Source: an uncultured virus (IMG/VR IMGVR_UViG_3300028179_000157)
Lineage: Duplodnaviria; Heunggongvirae; Uroviricota; Caudoviricetes
Strand: one strand, 5' to 3'
Virus record (IMG/VR): IMGVR_UViG_3300028179_000157
Length of the DNA stretch: 20,000 nucleotides
This document shows positions 8,994-17,931 of this stretch, in pieces. Made by a program: the position numbers and the translations under genes. The notes below the pieces were generated by a model. That model saw only the letters and a list, made by a program, of their open reading frames with translations. It was not told the origin of the DNA and ran no database searches. Numbering within the stretch: the first letter of the stretch is position 1; the number at the start of each line of letters is the position of its first letter.

Positions 8994-10526
8994 GTGGATC
9001 AGCTCAATTACGCGATGCGCATTGATGTCTACACGCATTACGTGAAAGCAACCAAGTTTGACACCATGGGCAAGACGGCGCTCTTTGAGTTCGCCATCGC
9101 CCAAGGTATCCGCGGATGGAAGCCCATCGGTCGCGGTAAGTCAGTCCAGTGCATTACGTCGATCTTCGCTGCGGCGACCAAGGATCGATCAGAGTTCCGT
9201 TTCCACATCAACCATTTCGAAGCGCTGAAGCGCCACCTGATTGCTCACGACATCGGTCCGAACAAGATCGAATTCGTCCAGCATGGGGAATACATCCCGG
9301 CGATCGCGAACTTCGTCAAGATTTCGGATAAGAGCCTGTTTGATTATCAGGTTCCTCTCCATGAGTATTTCATCGCCCCAGGTAAGACAAAGGTCGTCAC
9401 CCTCCAGACTGGTAAGGGTAAGACGATGCTGTTCCTGGAGTCGGTGTACAAGATCCAGAAGCGGGTGATCTTAATCATCCGTCCCAAGTTCATCGACAAG
9501 TGGATCCTTGACTTCCGTGAGATGTTCAAGGAGACCGACACGTCGCTGGCTGTTATCCGGGGCGGTGGGCCGCTGTCTAACATGCTGCAGGCCTGCGTTG
9601 ACGGCACCTTCGACGTCGACTTCACGATCATCTCCAACAAGACCTATCAGCTCTGGCTGAAGGACTACGAACACACGCGTGGTCAGTCCGGGGAGTATCC
9701 GCTCAACCCTGACATGCTGTGCGAGGCAACCAAGGCTGGCGTCATAGCCGTGGACGAGGTGCATCTGGACTTCCATCTGAACTACAAGATGGACCTGTAC
9801 ACCCACGGCGCCAAGTCGATGAACATGTCGGCTACGTTGGTCAGCGGCAACCCGAAGATCACCGAGATGTATCAGGTCAAGTTCCCGAAGTTGGAACGAT
9901 CACCTGAGATCGAATACGACAAGTACATCGCAGTGTCCGCTCTGTCCTACACCCTGCTCTCACAGAAGGGGATGCGCTACAAGCGCAGCATGGGCTACTC
10001 GCACACCGCGTACGAAGAATCGATCATGAAGGACAAGGAGCGCTTGCGCAACTACCTCTCCATGATCGCAGGTATCACCAAGACGACTTACGTCAATCGC
10101 ATGGTGACTGGCCAGAAGATGCTGATCTTCGCATCCACCGTTGAGATGTGCACACTGATCACCAAGTTCATCGAACCGATGTTCCCCGATCAGAAGGTGA
10201 ATCGCTACGTGGGTGAGGACGACTACAGCGATCTGCACACCGCAGATATCGTGGTCAGTACCATCCAGTCGGCAGGTACAGCGGTTGACGTTGACGGACT
10301 GTGGATTGTGTTGATGACTGACTCGATTGACTCGATCCAGTCCAACCTGCAGGTTCTCGGTCGTCTGCGCAAGATGAAGGGTAAGTTCCTCGGCATCACG
10401 CCGGAGTTCTACTACCTGTTCTGTAATCAAGTCGAAAAGCAAGTCCAGTATCACATGAACAAGTTGGAGCATTTCTCCGGCCGCGTAATTGGACACAGAA
10501 CCTTGCTTACCTCCTACAAGGTGTAA
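8994..10526 (+). CDS. Superfamily 2 DExH-box helicase (phiKZ gp75-like)
   Basis: Q-motif LFDYQ, Walker A LQTGKGKT, Walker B DEVH, motif III MSAT, motif V STIQSAGTAVDV and motif VI QVLGRLR. GGAG at 8984-8987 favours GTG 8994 as the start. Confidence 0.92.
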   Translation: MDQLNYAMRIDVYTHYVKATKFDTMGKTALFEFAIAQGIRGWKPIGRGKSVQCITSIFAAATKDRSEFRFHINHFEALKRHLIAHDIGPNKIEFVQHGEYIPAIANFVKISDKSLFDYQVPLHEYFIAPGKTKVVTLQTGKGKTMLFLESVYKIQKRVILIIRPKFIDKWILDFREMFKETDTSLAVIRGGGPLSNMLQACVDGTFDVDFTIISNKTYQLWLKDYEHTRGQSGEYPLNPDMLCEATKAGVIAVDEVHLDFHLNYKMDLYTHGAKSMNMSATLVSGNPKITEMYQVKFPKLERSPEIEYDKYIAVSALSYTLLSQKGMRYKRSMGYSHTAYEESIMKDKERLRNYLSMIAGITKTTYVNRMVTGQKMLIFASTVEMCTLITKFIEPMFPDQKVNRYVGEDDYSDLHTADIVVSTIQSAGTAVDVDGLWIVLMTDSIDSIQSNLQVLGRLRKMKGKFLGITPEFYYLFCNQVEKQVQYHMNKLEHFSGRVIGHRTLLTSYKV

Positions 10527-10527
10527 C

Positions 10528-11163
10528 ATGGAATCGAACGAAGAGCGTGTCTTAGTGTACGCTGACCAGATCCGGGGTGGCGTCAACCACCCCGGCGTAG
10601 CTGCCCACACTCCGGCAGAGAAAGACTGGCGCTACTACATGGACGAATGTCAGGATACCGAGAAGGCCTGGCTGACCATCCATGCAAAGCACTACCAGCC
10701 CCGCTGGATGGCTATCCTGATCCACAAGCCGCGTCTGTCAACGATCGCCACCGTCTGGAGTGAAGACCGGATGGTGAAAGAAGAGTGGCGTCAGGGCAAC
10801 CGTGCCCAGGATCTGCTGACTGGCATCAAGCGTGCACTGACTGGCATGTGCTACATGCTTGGTCCGGACACCACGATGAAGATGATGAACATCAACGGTC
10901 GCGCCTTCATCACTGCCGCTCTGGCTTCGTTGGACATGGAAGCATCTCCGCATGAGAACCCGGCGCTGAACATGCTGGCGGCAATCATGGCAGACGCTTC
11001 GTGCGAGCTGTATCCGACCGACCCGCGTTGTGGCTACATCCACCTGTGCGGTCAGGTAGGCGTCCCGTTCCGCTTCCTCAGCGCTATCATGCCCATCGTT
11101 GATGAGTACTTCGAAGCGCGCGATGAAGCTGTGGCCGAAGGCTACCAAGAACTTAGTTCGTAA
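10528..11163 (+). CDS. Hypothetical protein (~211 aa)
   Basis: ATG 10528 lies 1 nt after the helicase stop; coding-like codon usage; no recognised motif. Confidence 0.7.
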   Translation: MESNEERVLVYADQIRGGVNHPGVAAHTPAEKDWRYYMDECQDTEKAWLTIHAKHYQPRWMAILIHKPRLSTIATVWSEDRMVKEEWRQGNRAQDLLTGIKRALTGMCYMLGPDTTMKMMNINGRAFITAALASLDMEASPHENPALNMLAAIMADASCELYPTDPRCGYIHLCGQVGVPFRFLSAIMPIVDEYFEARDEAVAEGYQELSS

Positions 11164-11166
11164 GAA

Positions 11167-11201
11167 CATAAAGCCCCTCCCGTCTTGGGAGGGGCGATAT
11201 G
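11167..11201. terminator. CATA-hairpin-TATG intergenic element
   Basis: CATA-AA-GCCCCTCCC-GTCTT-GGGAGGGGC-GA-TATG directly after the stop at 11163; no U-tract. Confidence 0.55.
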
Positions 11202-11230
11202 CTGTTAATCAACCAAGGAGCAACACAAAG

Positions 11231-12403
11231 ATGTCGATGTCACATGAAGCAATTGCCCTGCGTGGTAGCTTGATCCGCTTGCAGGCGATCGTTGGTATCA
11301 TTCTCGAAGCCGGTGCACAGATCAACGAAGAGCACGTGCAGGAGCTGTCCAAGTACATCGGTGAGCTCGGGTTTGTCAACGAGAGCTTCCAATACGAGCG
11401 CGTCATCTCGCTGATCAACACGGGCAATTACGAAAGCTACGCTCGCCCGCCGAATGAACTGATTGATGCAATGGCTGCTCGCGTGAGCAACTCCAACGTC
11501 GCCGGCGTTCTCTCGGCCGCGCAGTCCCTGAAGAAGATCACCACGCCCAAGGAGTACAAGAAGGTTGATTTTGCCGAGGTCATTGCAAGGCAGAAAGCTT
11601 CTTCCGCAGAACAGGTCTACGAGCGTACCCGTGACCTGATGCTGTACTTCCGCGATGATGCCCAGAAGAGCCACCCTGCCAATCCGGCGCTGGCTTTGCG
11701 TCACGCCGTCCAACTGACGGAGAACGAACTGCGCAAGGAGTTCGATGGAATCTGCAAAGTCATGCTTCGCGTTACGGACGGTACGGCAACGGTTATCATC
11801 AACCTGGATGAGCCGGGGGTCGGTCAACACCCGCCGCGTGAAGTGAACTACGACTACACCTACGCTGAAGGCAGTGTCATCAGCCAGATCGTCAAGGAGG
11901 CCAAGCATCTTCTTGCTACTGGGTTTGTTCAGGGCTGCAGGCAGTGGCCTGATAACCGGCTCTTGGCTGCGCACATGACTGTCAATGGGACCAGCGGTGT
12001 GCTCAACCTGCGCGGCGAGCGTCACTATGTCTACCGCATCAATCTGGTGGAGGACACCGGTGAGGTGCTACTGAAGGTTACCGATCGAGCGGGCAACGTC
12101 ATTGGTGAACAGATCGTCGGTGACCTGCTCAACAAGAAGTACGCTCACCTCGAAGCTCCAGTTCGACAAATGGCGGAGCAGCTCATCAACAGCACCGAGC
12201 TCCCTACGTACGAGGAGTGCGTCGCTATCGAGCATGACCTGCGCGCCATGTACCTCAATTTCATTCACCCGAAGTTGCGCGACATCTCCGAGGTCGAGAT
12301 CAAGACGTTCAAGTACGCGGCAAATGGGCGCCCGTTCTTCATGGTGGCCATCGATTCCACCGACCTGGAACATGAGATCGTATTCCCGGTCTACATGGAG
12401 TAA
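11231..12403 (+). CDS. Hypothetical protein (~390 aa)
   Basis: AAGGAG at 11215-11220 before ATG 11231; long ORF; no recognised motif. Confidence 0.75.
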   Translation: MSMSHEAIALRGSLIRLQAIVGIILEAGAQINEEHVQELSKYIGELGFVNESFQYERVISLINTGNYESYARPPNELIDAMAARVSNSNVAGVLSAAQSLKKITTPKEYKKVDFAEVIARQKASSAEQVYERTRDLMLYFRDDAQKSHPANPALALRHAVQLTENELRKEFDGICKVMLRVTDGTATVIINLDEPGVGQHPPREVNYDYTYAEGSVISQIVKEAKHLLATGFVQGCRQWPDNRLLAAHMTVNGTSGVLNLRGERHYVYRINLVEDTGEVLLKVTDRAGNVIGEQIVGDLLNKKYAHLEAPVRQMAEQLINSTELPTYEECVAIEHDLRAMYLNFIHPKLRDISEVEIKTFKYAANGRPFFMVAIDSTDLEHEIVFPVYME

Positions 12404-12408
12404 GCGGA

Positions 12409-12443
12409 CATACTCCCCCTCCCGGTTGGGAGGGGGAGCTATG
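12409..12443. terminator. CATA-hairpin-TATG element between convergent genes (probable bidirectional terminator)
   Basis: CATA-CTCCCCCTCCC-GGTT-GGGAGGGGGAG-C-TATG between the stops at 12403 (+) and 12445 (-). Confidence 0.65.
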
Positions 12444-12444
12444 C

Positions 12445-12906
12445 CTATCTCTTTTTCTTTGTCCCGATTACGATATCGGTTTCGAAGGGTAACGGATCAA
12501 GGTAGTGATACATCAAAGGACGGATCATGTCCTCGTAGTTCAAGTGCCCATTACCGCAACCCAAGGGGACCATGGCCATGTCACTGATCCCCATCTGTTC
12601 ATGCTTGTCTCTCAAGCGGATCAAGTTAGCCTCGATCCAGTCGTAGCGTGACGGGCTACCCCACCATTGCTTGGTGGGAAAGAGCAAGACTTGTCGACCT
12701 TCCCCGAAGGGATACAGATACATCTTGTCAATGGACAAGGCCTTAGCCTTGAACAACTTCATGTAGAACTCGTAGAGACCTGGGATAGACTCACGCAGAC
12801 TCAGCGCAACTCCAGCCCCCATAGCACCTGTGGTATTGATGGTACACACGAGCGTTTGACGCGGGGACGCCGAAACGTCCCCTACCAGTTCCTGTACGAT
12901 CGGCAT
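12445..12906 (-). CDS. Stand-alone macrodomain, DarG/TARG1-like ADP-ribosyl glycohydrolase
   Basis: GD at the N-terminus, TINTTGAMGAGVA (cf. NxVNxxGVMGKGIA), LFPTKQWW..S (cf. FPTKxHWR, catalytic Lys) and AMVPLGCGNGHL (cf. AIPPLGCGNGGL). Confidence 0.88.
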   Translation of the reverse strand: MPIVQELVGDVSASPRQTLVCTINTTGAMGAGVALSLRESIPGLYEFYMKLFKAKALSIDKMYLYPFGEGRQVLLFPTKQWWGSPSRYDWIEANLIRLRDKHEQMGISDMAMVPLGCGNGHLNYEDMIRPLMYHYLDPLPFETDIVIGTKKKR

Positions 12907-13436
12907 TATCGACCACTCTTCCCGTCGGTGGCTTCACGTGCTGCAGCTTCGGCAGCAGCCTGCAGCTTAGCTTGTCGCTCCAACCAATCCGCGTTGCTCT
13001 TGAACATGATCTCCGTTTCCCGCCGACTGAGTAAGACGAACTCGCTCCACGACACCCCATACCGGTCCTTGATCCCGTTGATCATGTACCGATACATCTT
13101 GTGCTCAAGCGGGCCGTAAGACCCGTATTGCTCTTTGGGGTGCATGGCAACAGCAGCCATGGGGCGAAGATCTACATCCCCCGTCTCTTCAGTGTAGCGA
13201 GAGTCGTGGTAGAAGATCCCGTAGTAGTCGTCGTACTCCTCCATGCACATCAACTGCACTGACATGGAGTCAACTTCCGAACTGACCGTAGCCAGCAGGT
13301 TGTTGTGCGGACCTAGATCGTTGACCTTATCCAACCCGAAACGATCAAAGACTACATGACCGTTCGGGTCTTCTTGTTCAAGGTCTACATCACAGAGGCG
13401 GAAATCGCCTTCGCTGTGCGCTGGCCGAGGAGCGTG
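12906..13436 (-). CDS. phiKZ gp76-like ORF; probably translated as a -1 frameshift extension of the upstream 568-aa gene
   Basis: The frame is open from the slippery site (13442-13436) to TAA 12908-12906. The first start codon is TTG 13334. It contains RPMAAVAMHP.E and YGVSWSEFVLLSRRE. Confidence 0.7.
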   Translation of the reverse strand, partial: HAPRPAHSEGDFRLCDVDLEQEDPNGHVVFDRFGLDKVNDLGPHNNLLATVSSEVDSMSVQLMCMEEYDDYYGIFYHDSRYTEETGDVDLRPMAAVAMHPKEQYGSYGPLEHKMYRYMINGIKDRYGVSWSEFVLLSRRETEIMFKSNADWLERQAKLQAAAEAAAREATDGKSGR

Positions 13437-15091
13437 AAAAAAAGTCGTGTCACGTCGAGCGGCAGCAGGCGCGGATGCTTGGAGCCTTCCACGGTCTGCG
13501 GGGCGGAACAGACACGGCAGTTGTAGCGCGGGATCGCCACCATTGCCACGGTCACCGAGTCGATGAACTTCTGCACGCCTTCGGTGAAGCGCTCCACCAC
13601 GTCCTGGCGGCTGGAGATTTCGCCGAGCAGTTCGACGAACGATTCACGCACGTCATCCTGGTCATCTTCTTCCGGGTTGAAGGTGAGCACACCTGCAACT
13701 TCTTCTTCCTTGTTCTTGAAGATGATGCGCTTGACCCAGTGGCTGTACTGACGAGCGGTGGCCATGCGGGACTGCGCCATGATGTACTGGTCGCGTTCCT
13801 GCCCTTCCAGGGCGGTGCCGAAGGCCGCGTCCACGCGCTCTTCGATGGAGTTGATCCATTCGAAGGAGGACTTCTCGTACAGCTCCACCGTGGGGACGGC
13901 GAACTCGACGTAGATGTCATCGCTGATGGCGCACAGCGCGGTTTCGGCGTAGGAGTGGCTGTTGACGTACTCGGTCAGCTCTGCGTCGTTGCTCTTCTGC
14001 GTACGACGGGCCATCAGCTTGCGCTGGCTCTGGCTCAGTGCACGACGGTCCACGAAGAGCAGGCGCGAGAGGTTCAGCACTTCTTCTTCGATGTGCTGGC
14101 ACTGGCCGGTGTGGTTGGTGCACGGACGGGCCAGCGGGTAGCCGTTGGGGTTGTTGATCAGACCCAGCTGCAGCATGAGCAGCGGGATATCGGTGATCAG
14201 CATCTTCTGCTTGATCGATGCCGGGGAGATGTCCTTCAGCGTGCTGTCGTACATCTTGCTGATGGCGAAGTTCGTCACCGTCAGCTGATGGTAGACGTTG
14301 TTGGCCGAGAAGGCCAAGCCGCCGGAGACACGACCCAGGGAGATCTTGCTGTTGCCCAGCTGCTGTTCCAGTTCCAGCATCTCGCCTTCACCCGGCGCCT
14401 GCAGCGACACCCAGAAGCCGGAGTGCCACATCGGTGCCTGTGCCAGCGAACCCACGCCCAGACGCGCCTTCAGGCGGCTCTTGGCTTCTTCGCCGGAGAC
14501 ACGGCCGTTGGTGGTGGAGTTGCCGCCGGTGGCGATCGGACGGCCGATGGCCAGCTCTTCGCCGTTGTGGTCAACAGTCTGCTGCCAGTCCGAGCCTTCG
14601 CGACTCAGGGCACGGCTGCCGTACTGACCGGTGGGCATCAGGCGCGAACCACGAGCAGCACCTTCCAGCCAGCGGATGATTTCCGGCGTCGGGGTGAGGT
14701 TGAGGTTGCCCATGCTTTCACCGACCGGAGCGAACTCCTCGGCGGTCTGGTTCAGGGACCACAGGTGGAAGCCCTTCTCCATGTCCTGCGCTTCGGCTTC
14801 GGTGGCCAGCGGACGGGTGACCGGACGGGTGAGGGTCACGGTCTTGCTCGGCGGCACGGCTTCCGAGCGCTTGGGCTGAACGCGACGCGCGGCGTCGGCG
14901 GCGAGCACACGTTCCTGCTTGCCGATCGGGGTCTCGACATTGGTCGCCGGGTCTTCGACGGAAGGCGGGTCAGCCGGGGTACGATCATGGTTCACGAACG
15001 TGCGCGGGTCGTCAACCGGGATCGCTGCCGCCTCGACGGGCGTTTCCACGGGTGGCTGGTCGTCGATGTTCTCGTTGGGATCCTGCGTCAC
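13385..15091 (-). CDS. phiKZ gp77-like conserved protein with two Cys pairs (C-x5-C and CxxC); candidate tail/baseplate assembly chaperone
   Basis: 568 aa, AGGAG RBS before GTG 15091. Acidic/Pro-rich N-terminus, PMWHSGFWVSL, CTNHTGQC, CRVC and a C-terminal LDVTRLFFTL. Confidence 0.75.
   Translation of the reverse strand: MTQDPNENIDDQPPVETPVEAAAIPVDDPRTFVNHDRTPADPPSVEDPATNVETPIGKQERVLAADAARRVQPKRSEAVPPSKTVTLTRPVTRPLATEAEAQDMEKGFHLWSLNQTAEEFAPVGESMGNLNLTPTPEIIRWLEGAARGSRLMPTGQYGSRALSREGSDWQQTVDHNGEELAIGRPIATGGNSTTNGRVSGEEAKSRLKARLGVGSLAQAPMWHSGFWVSLQAPGEGEMLELEQQLGNSKISLGRVSGGLAFSANNVYHQLTVTNFAISKMYDSTLKDISPASIKQKMLITDIPLLMLQLGLINNPNGYPLARPCTNHTGQCQHIEEEVLNLSRLLFVDRRALSQSQRKLMARRTQKSNDAELTEYVNSHSYAETALCAISDDIYVEFAVPTVELYEKSSFEWINSIEERVDAAFGTALEGQERDQYIMAQSRMATARQYSHWVKRIIFKNKEEEVAGVLTFNPEEDDQDDVRESFVELLGEISSRQDVVERFTEGVQKFIDSVTVAMVAIPRYNCRVCSAPQTVEGSKHPRLLPLDVTRLFFTLLGQRTAKAISASVM
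13436..13442 (-). other. Putative -1 ribosomal frameshift slippery heptamer T_TTT_TTC
   Basis: Codons 550-552 read CTT TTT TTC (A7 at 13437-13443 on the + strand). X_XXY_YYZ phasing is correct and the -1 frame is continuous with the 12906-13334 ORF. Confidence 0.7.
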
Positions 15092-15627
15092 TGCTCGTTC
15101 TCCTGTTGCGGGGTTTCGGCTGCTTCGGTGGCCGCTGCACTGGCCTTCAGCTCGTCACGGGTTTCCTGGTCGTAGTAGCCCAGCGTGTGCACGATGTTGG
15201 GCATCACGATGCGCGTGTGGCGACCTTGCCAGTCGGCGTACTTCTCGCCGATGTCGATGACCTGGATGGTTTCGTCACCGGTCATGCGCGGACGGCTGGT
15301 GGCACGCACGCGCTTGGTGACGGTGTTGCTGAACTCCACGTGTTCCTTGCGGATCGAGTCCAGCTCGTTGCGGAAGGTGCGGCTGTCCTGGCTGACGACC
15401 TGAGCCACCTTGACCAGAGCGGGGCGATCTTCGACCGGCACCTGACGCAGGGCGTCCTTGTTGCGCAGGATCTGCGAGATCGGCAACACCTGTGCCAGCT
15501 GTTCTTCGCAGCCGGAGTAGACTTCATCCAGCTCGCGCAGGGACTGTGCAGTCACGTCACGATCACGGCCAGCCTTGTAGGGGCGACGGGCGCCAGTGTT
15601 CTTGCGGTTCTTGTTGCTTACGGGCAT
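15088..15627 (-). CDS. Hypothetical protein (~179 aa, basic N-terminus, helical), gp78-like position
   Basis: GGAG upstream of ATG 15627. Its stop overlaps the GTG start of the next gene (GTGA). Confidence 0.75.
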   Translation of the reverse strand: MPVSNKNRKNTGARRPYKAGRDRDVTAQSLRELDEVYSGCEEQLAQVLPISQILRNKDALRQVPVEDRPALVKVAQVVSQDSRTFRNELDSIRKEHVEFSNTVTKRVRATSRPRMTGDETIQVIDIGEKYADWQGRHTRIVMPNIVHTLGYYDQETRDELKASAAATEAAETPQQENEQ

Positions 15628-15639
15628 GTCTTTATCCAC

Positions 15640-15720
15640 TCCGGGGATATGTATGTCAAAAACGAATTGCAGCCTTTTCATATAAAGGCTGGTGTGTGTA
15701 CTATTTAACCGAAAAGGAGA
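15640..15720. promoter_or_regulatory. AT-rich divergent promoter region with an inverted repeat and TATG motifs
   Basis: CAGCCTTT-TCATAT-AAAGGCTG at 15670-15691. TATG occurs at 15648 and 15652 (+) and within the loop on the minus strand. TATG is the phiKZ late-promoter core. Confidence 0.45.
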
Positions 15721-15725
15721 TTTGC

Positions 15726-16553
15726 ATGTCTGGTCTACTGACTGGCATTGCTCAGCTGGGTTGCTCCCCTGAGCGGGTGTTGTTGCTGGAACGCGTCCAA
15801 GACGTGCTGGCTGCTGTGGGCTTCACGGATATCGAAACTGAAGTGGAGAATGTCTACTTCAGCGGACAGGAAGTGGAGACGCATGTGTTGATCGAACTGA
15901 TCGACAATCTCTTCCACGGTTACCTCGACAGTTCCATCAAACAGCAGGGCGTGTTCACTCGCGACGACGCCAGCATGGAACAGAAGGTGATCCTGCTGGA
16001 AGACCTGCAACGCTTCGCCAACTTCGACAGCCCGCAGTTCTTCATCGAGCAGATGGACCTGGACGCCTCCGATACCGAGCGCCTGTGCGCTGGTCTGGAT
16101 ATCGTTGGCCAGTGGACTGCAGACCAGTATCTGGAGTTCATCGTCCACGTCAACAAGGGCTTGATCGATCGCATCCGTTCGTTCACCTCCGAAGTGGTCT
16201 CCACCGAGTCCGACGACAGTGCTGAGCTTGCTCGCGGTCGTCTGCGTATCCGTGGGTTCACCGAGACCTTCGGTAGCAACATGGTCGCAGAGCTGATCCG
16301 TGAGGGCTACAGCTGCGGTAACGACTACACCCTGTACTTGCACCAGCTGCGCGAACTGCTGCCTCAGCTGAGCGATCAGGATCTTTCCAAGAACATGGTG
16401 GCAGTAATGCTGGCCAGCTCCTTGCCGAAGGAACTGGTGCTCTCCACCGCGCTGGAAGAAATCGAACATCTTGATCTGCCGCTGTTGCGCGTGAGTGCAA
16501 TCAACGGTCTGGTCGCAAAGACCTACGGGGATTTCATCAATGCTCAAGCGTGA
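15726..16553 (+). CDS. phiKZ gp79-like acidic protein (probable virion-associated protein, ~275 aa)
   Basis: AAGGAG RBS before ATG 15726; lies directly upstream of, and overlaps, the gp80-like gene. Identity is by synteny only. Confidence 0.6.
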   Translation: MSGLLTGIAQLGCSPERVLLLERVQDVLAAVGFTDIETEVENVYFSGQEVETHVLIELIDNLFHGYLDSSIKQQGVFTRDDASMEQKVILLEDLQRFANFDSPQFFIEQMDLDASDTERLCAGLDIVGQWTADQYLEFIVHVNKGLIDRIRSFTSEVVSTESDDSAELARGRLRIRGFTETFGSNMVAELIREGYSCGNDYTLYLHQLRELLPQLSDQDLSKNMVAVMLASSLPKELVLSTALEEIEHLDLPLLRVSAINGLVAKTYGDFINAQA

Positions 16554-17874
16554 CTATTTCCTCCTCGCCATGAACAGCGGGGCATACCGCTGGAAGGCGT
16601 GGACGATCGAAGCGTTCGCTGTCACCAACCTTGCCGCCAAGGATCAGAACCGCAAGGCTGACCCGTGGACCGACCCGGAAGGTGCAAAGCAGCCTGGTGG
16701 CTATCCGTGTTCGCTGTTCTGCGAAGGCGATGTGGTGTGGTTCCATCATCCGGAAAGCGGCGAGCGCATTGTCATCGAAGACATCAAGCCGATGACCCAG
16801 CCGTTCAACTTCATGGACGAACTGGAGATCACCCCGGATGAAGTACCGAACCTGGACAAGGCAACCGTCACCACCTACGGCAACCTGCTGTTCAACTTCA
16901 ACGTGTTCGTCTACGCATTCGGCGATGTGATGCCTTACATCAACGGGCCGGTCAAGGTTCGTAAGCTGGAGGCAGAACTGGAACGCCGGATGTACGATGA
17001 CGGTGAGACTCCGCCTGAAGGTGGTGTCACCATCGCGCAGTATAAGAAGTTCGCTGAAGCCATGCTCTCGCTGGCTGGCCTGACGCAGCTGTGCGTACCG
17101 GCAGCTACTCCCAAGACGCTCGTGGTCAACCCGGCCATTATCAAGCGTCGTGACGAACTGCTGGCAGAGAACAAGGATCGTCTCCATGACCCGGCGGTGA
17201 TTGCCGACATCGAGAACGAGCTGATCGCCATGGATCGTGCGGACTTGGCTGGCGATGAGAGCATGGGCTTCTTCATCGACAACAAGTCCTTCGACATCGT
17301 CCGTAAGAAGACGCTGATCATGCACGGTGCCGAGTCTGCGTTCCAGGACGGCAACCATGTCCAGCTGATCCCGACCTCTCTGGATGAAGGCCTCGATCCG
17401 GACTACATGACCGAGTACGCCAACTCGCTGCGTGAGGGTTCCTACGCCCGTGGCACGTTGACGGCACTGGGTGGTTCGAAGGTGAAGGAAACCTATCGAG
17501 TCTCACAGAACGTGAGCGTCCAGCCGGAAGACTGCGGCGTGAAGTTCGGCATCCCCACCCTGATTCCGAAGGGGAAGGAAAAGTTCTACATCGGCAACTA
17601 CTACTTCGAGAATGGCAAACAAGGCCAGGTCACCGAAGAGAACGTGTCCGATCTGCAGACCCGTGCGATCGAAGTAAGGTCGCCCATCTATTGCCATGCG
17701 GAAGGCTCGAACTACTGCCGCTTCTGCGTAGGCGATGCGCTGGCCTCGGCTCCCGAAGCAATCCCCACCCTGCTGGCTGACGTCGGCTCGGACATGATGG
17801 GTCGCTTCATGGCACTGATGCACGGCAAGAAACTCTCCACGGCCAAGTACGATTTCAAAACGGCCATTTCGTAG
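16540..17874 (+). CDS. Virion RNA polymerase beta' subunit, C-terminal fragment (phiKZ gp80-like)
   Basis: Bridge-helix-like NSLREGSYARGTLTALGGSKVK, EDCG, Zn site RSPIYC...YCRFCVG, and trigger-loop-like DVGSDMMGRFMALMHG. GGGGA RBS before ATG 16540. Confidence 0.85.
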   Translation: MLKRDYFLLAMNSGAYRWKAWTIEAFAVTNLAAKDQNRKADPWTDPEGAKQPGGYPCSLFCEGDVVWFHHPESGERIVIEDIKPMTQPFNFMDELEITPDEVPNLDKATVTTYGNLLFNFNVFVYAFGDVMPYINGPVKVRKLEAELERRMYDDGETPPEGGVTIAQYKKFAEAMLSLAGLTQLCVPAATPKTLVVNPAIIKRRDELLAENKDRLHDPAVIADIENELIAMDRADLAGDESMGFFIDNKSFDIVRKKTLIMHGAESAFQDGNHVQLIPTSLDEGLDPDYMTEYANSLREGSYARGTLTALGGSKVKETYRVSQNVSVQPEDCGVKFGIPTLIPKGKEKFYIGNYYFENGKQGQVTEENVSDLQTRAIEVRSPIYCHAEGSNYCRFCVGDALASAPEAIPTLLADVGSDMMGRFMALMHGKKLSTAKYDFKTAIS

Positions 17875-17931
17875 CATGGTATGCAGAATGCCAATGCTGC
17901 CCAACAACTTCATTGACCCAGAGGTATAAAC

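Noticed and set aside
4814..10526. Inteins or introns in the RNAP or helicase genes
   Set aside because: The ORFs are continuous, motif spacing is compact, and I saw no C...HN-C/S/T intein boundaries or homing endonuclease motifs.
15492..15725. Cys-rich N-terminal extension of the 353-aa track ORF, suggesting a metal-binding domain
   Set aside because: It is antisense to the 15088-15627 gene and spans the intergenic region; a strong AAGGAG RBS supports ATG 15726.
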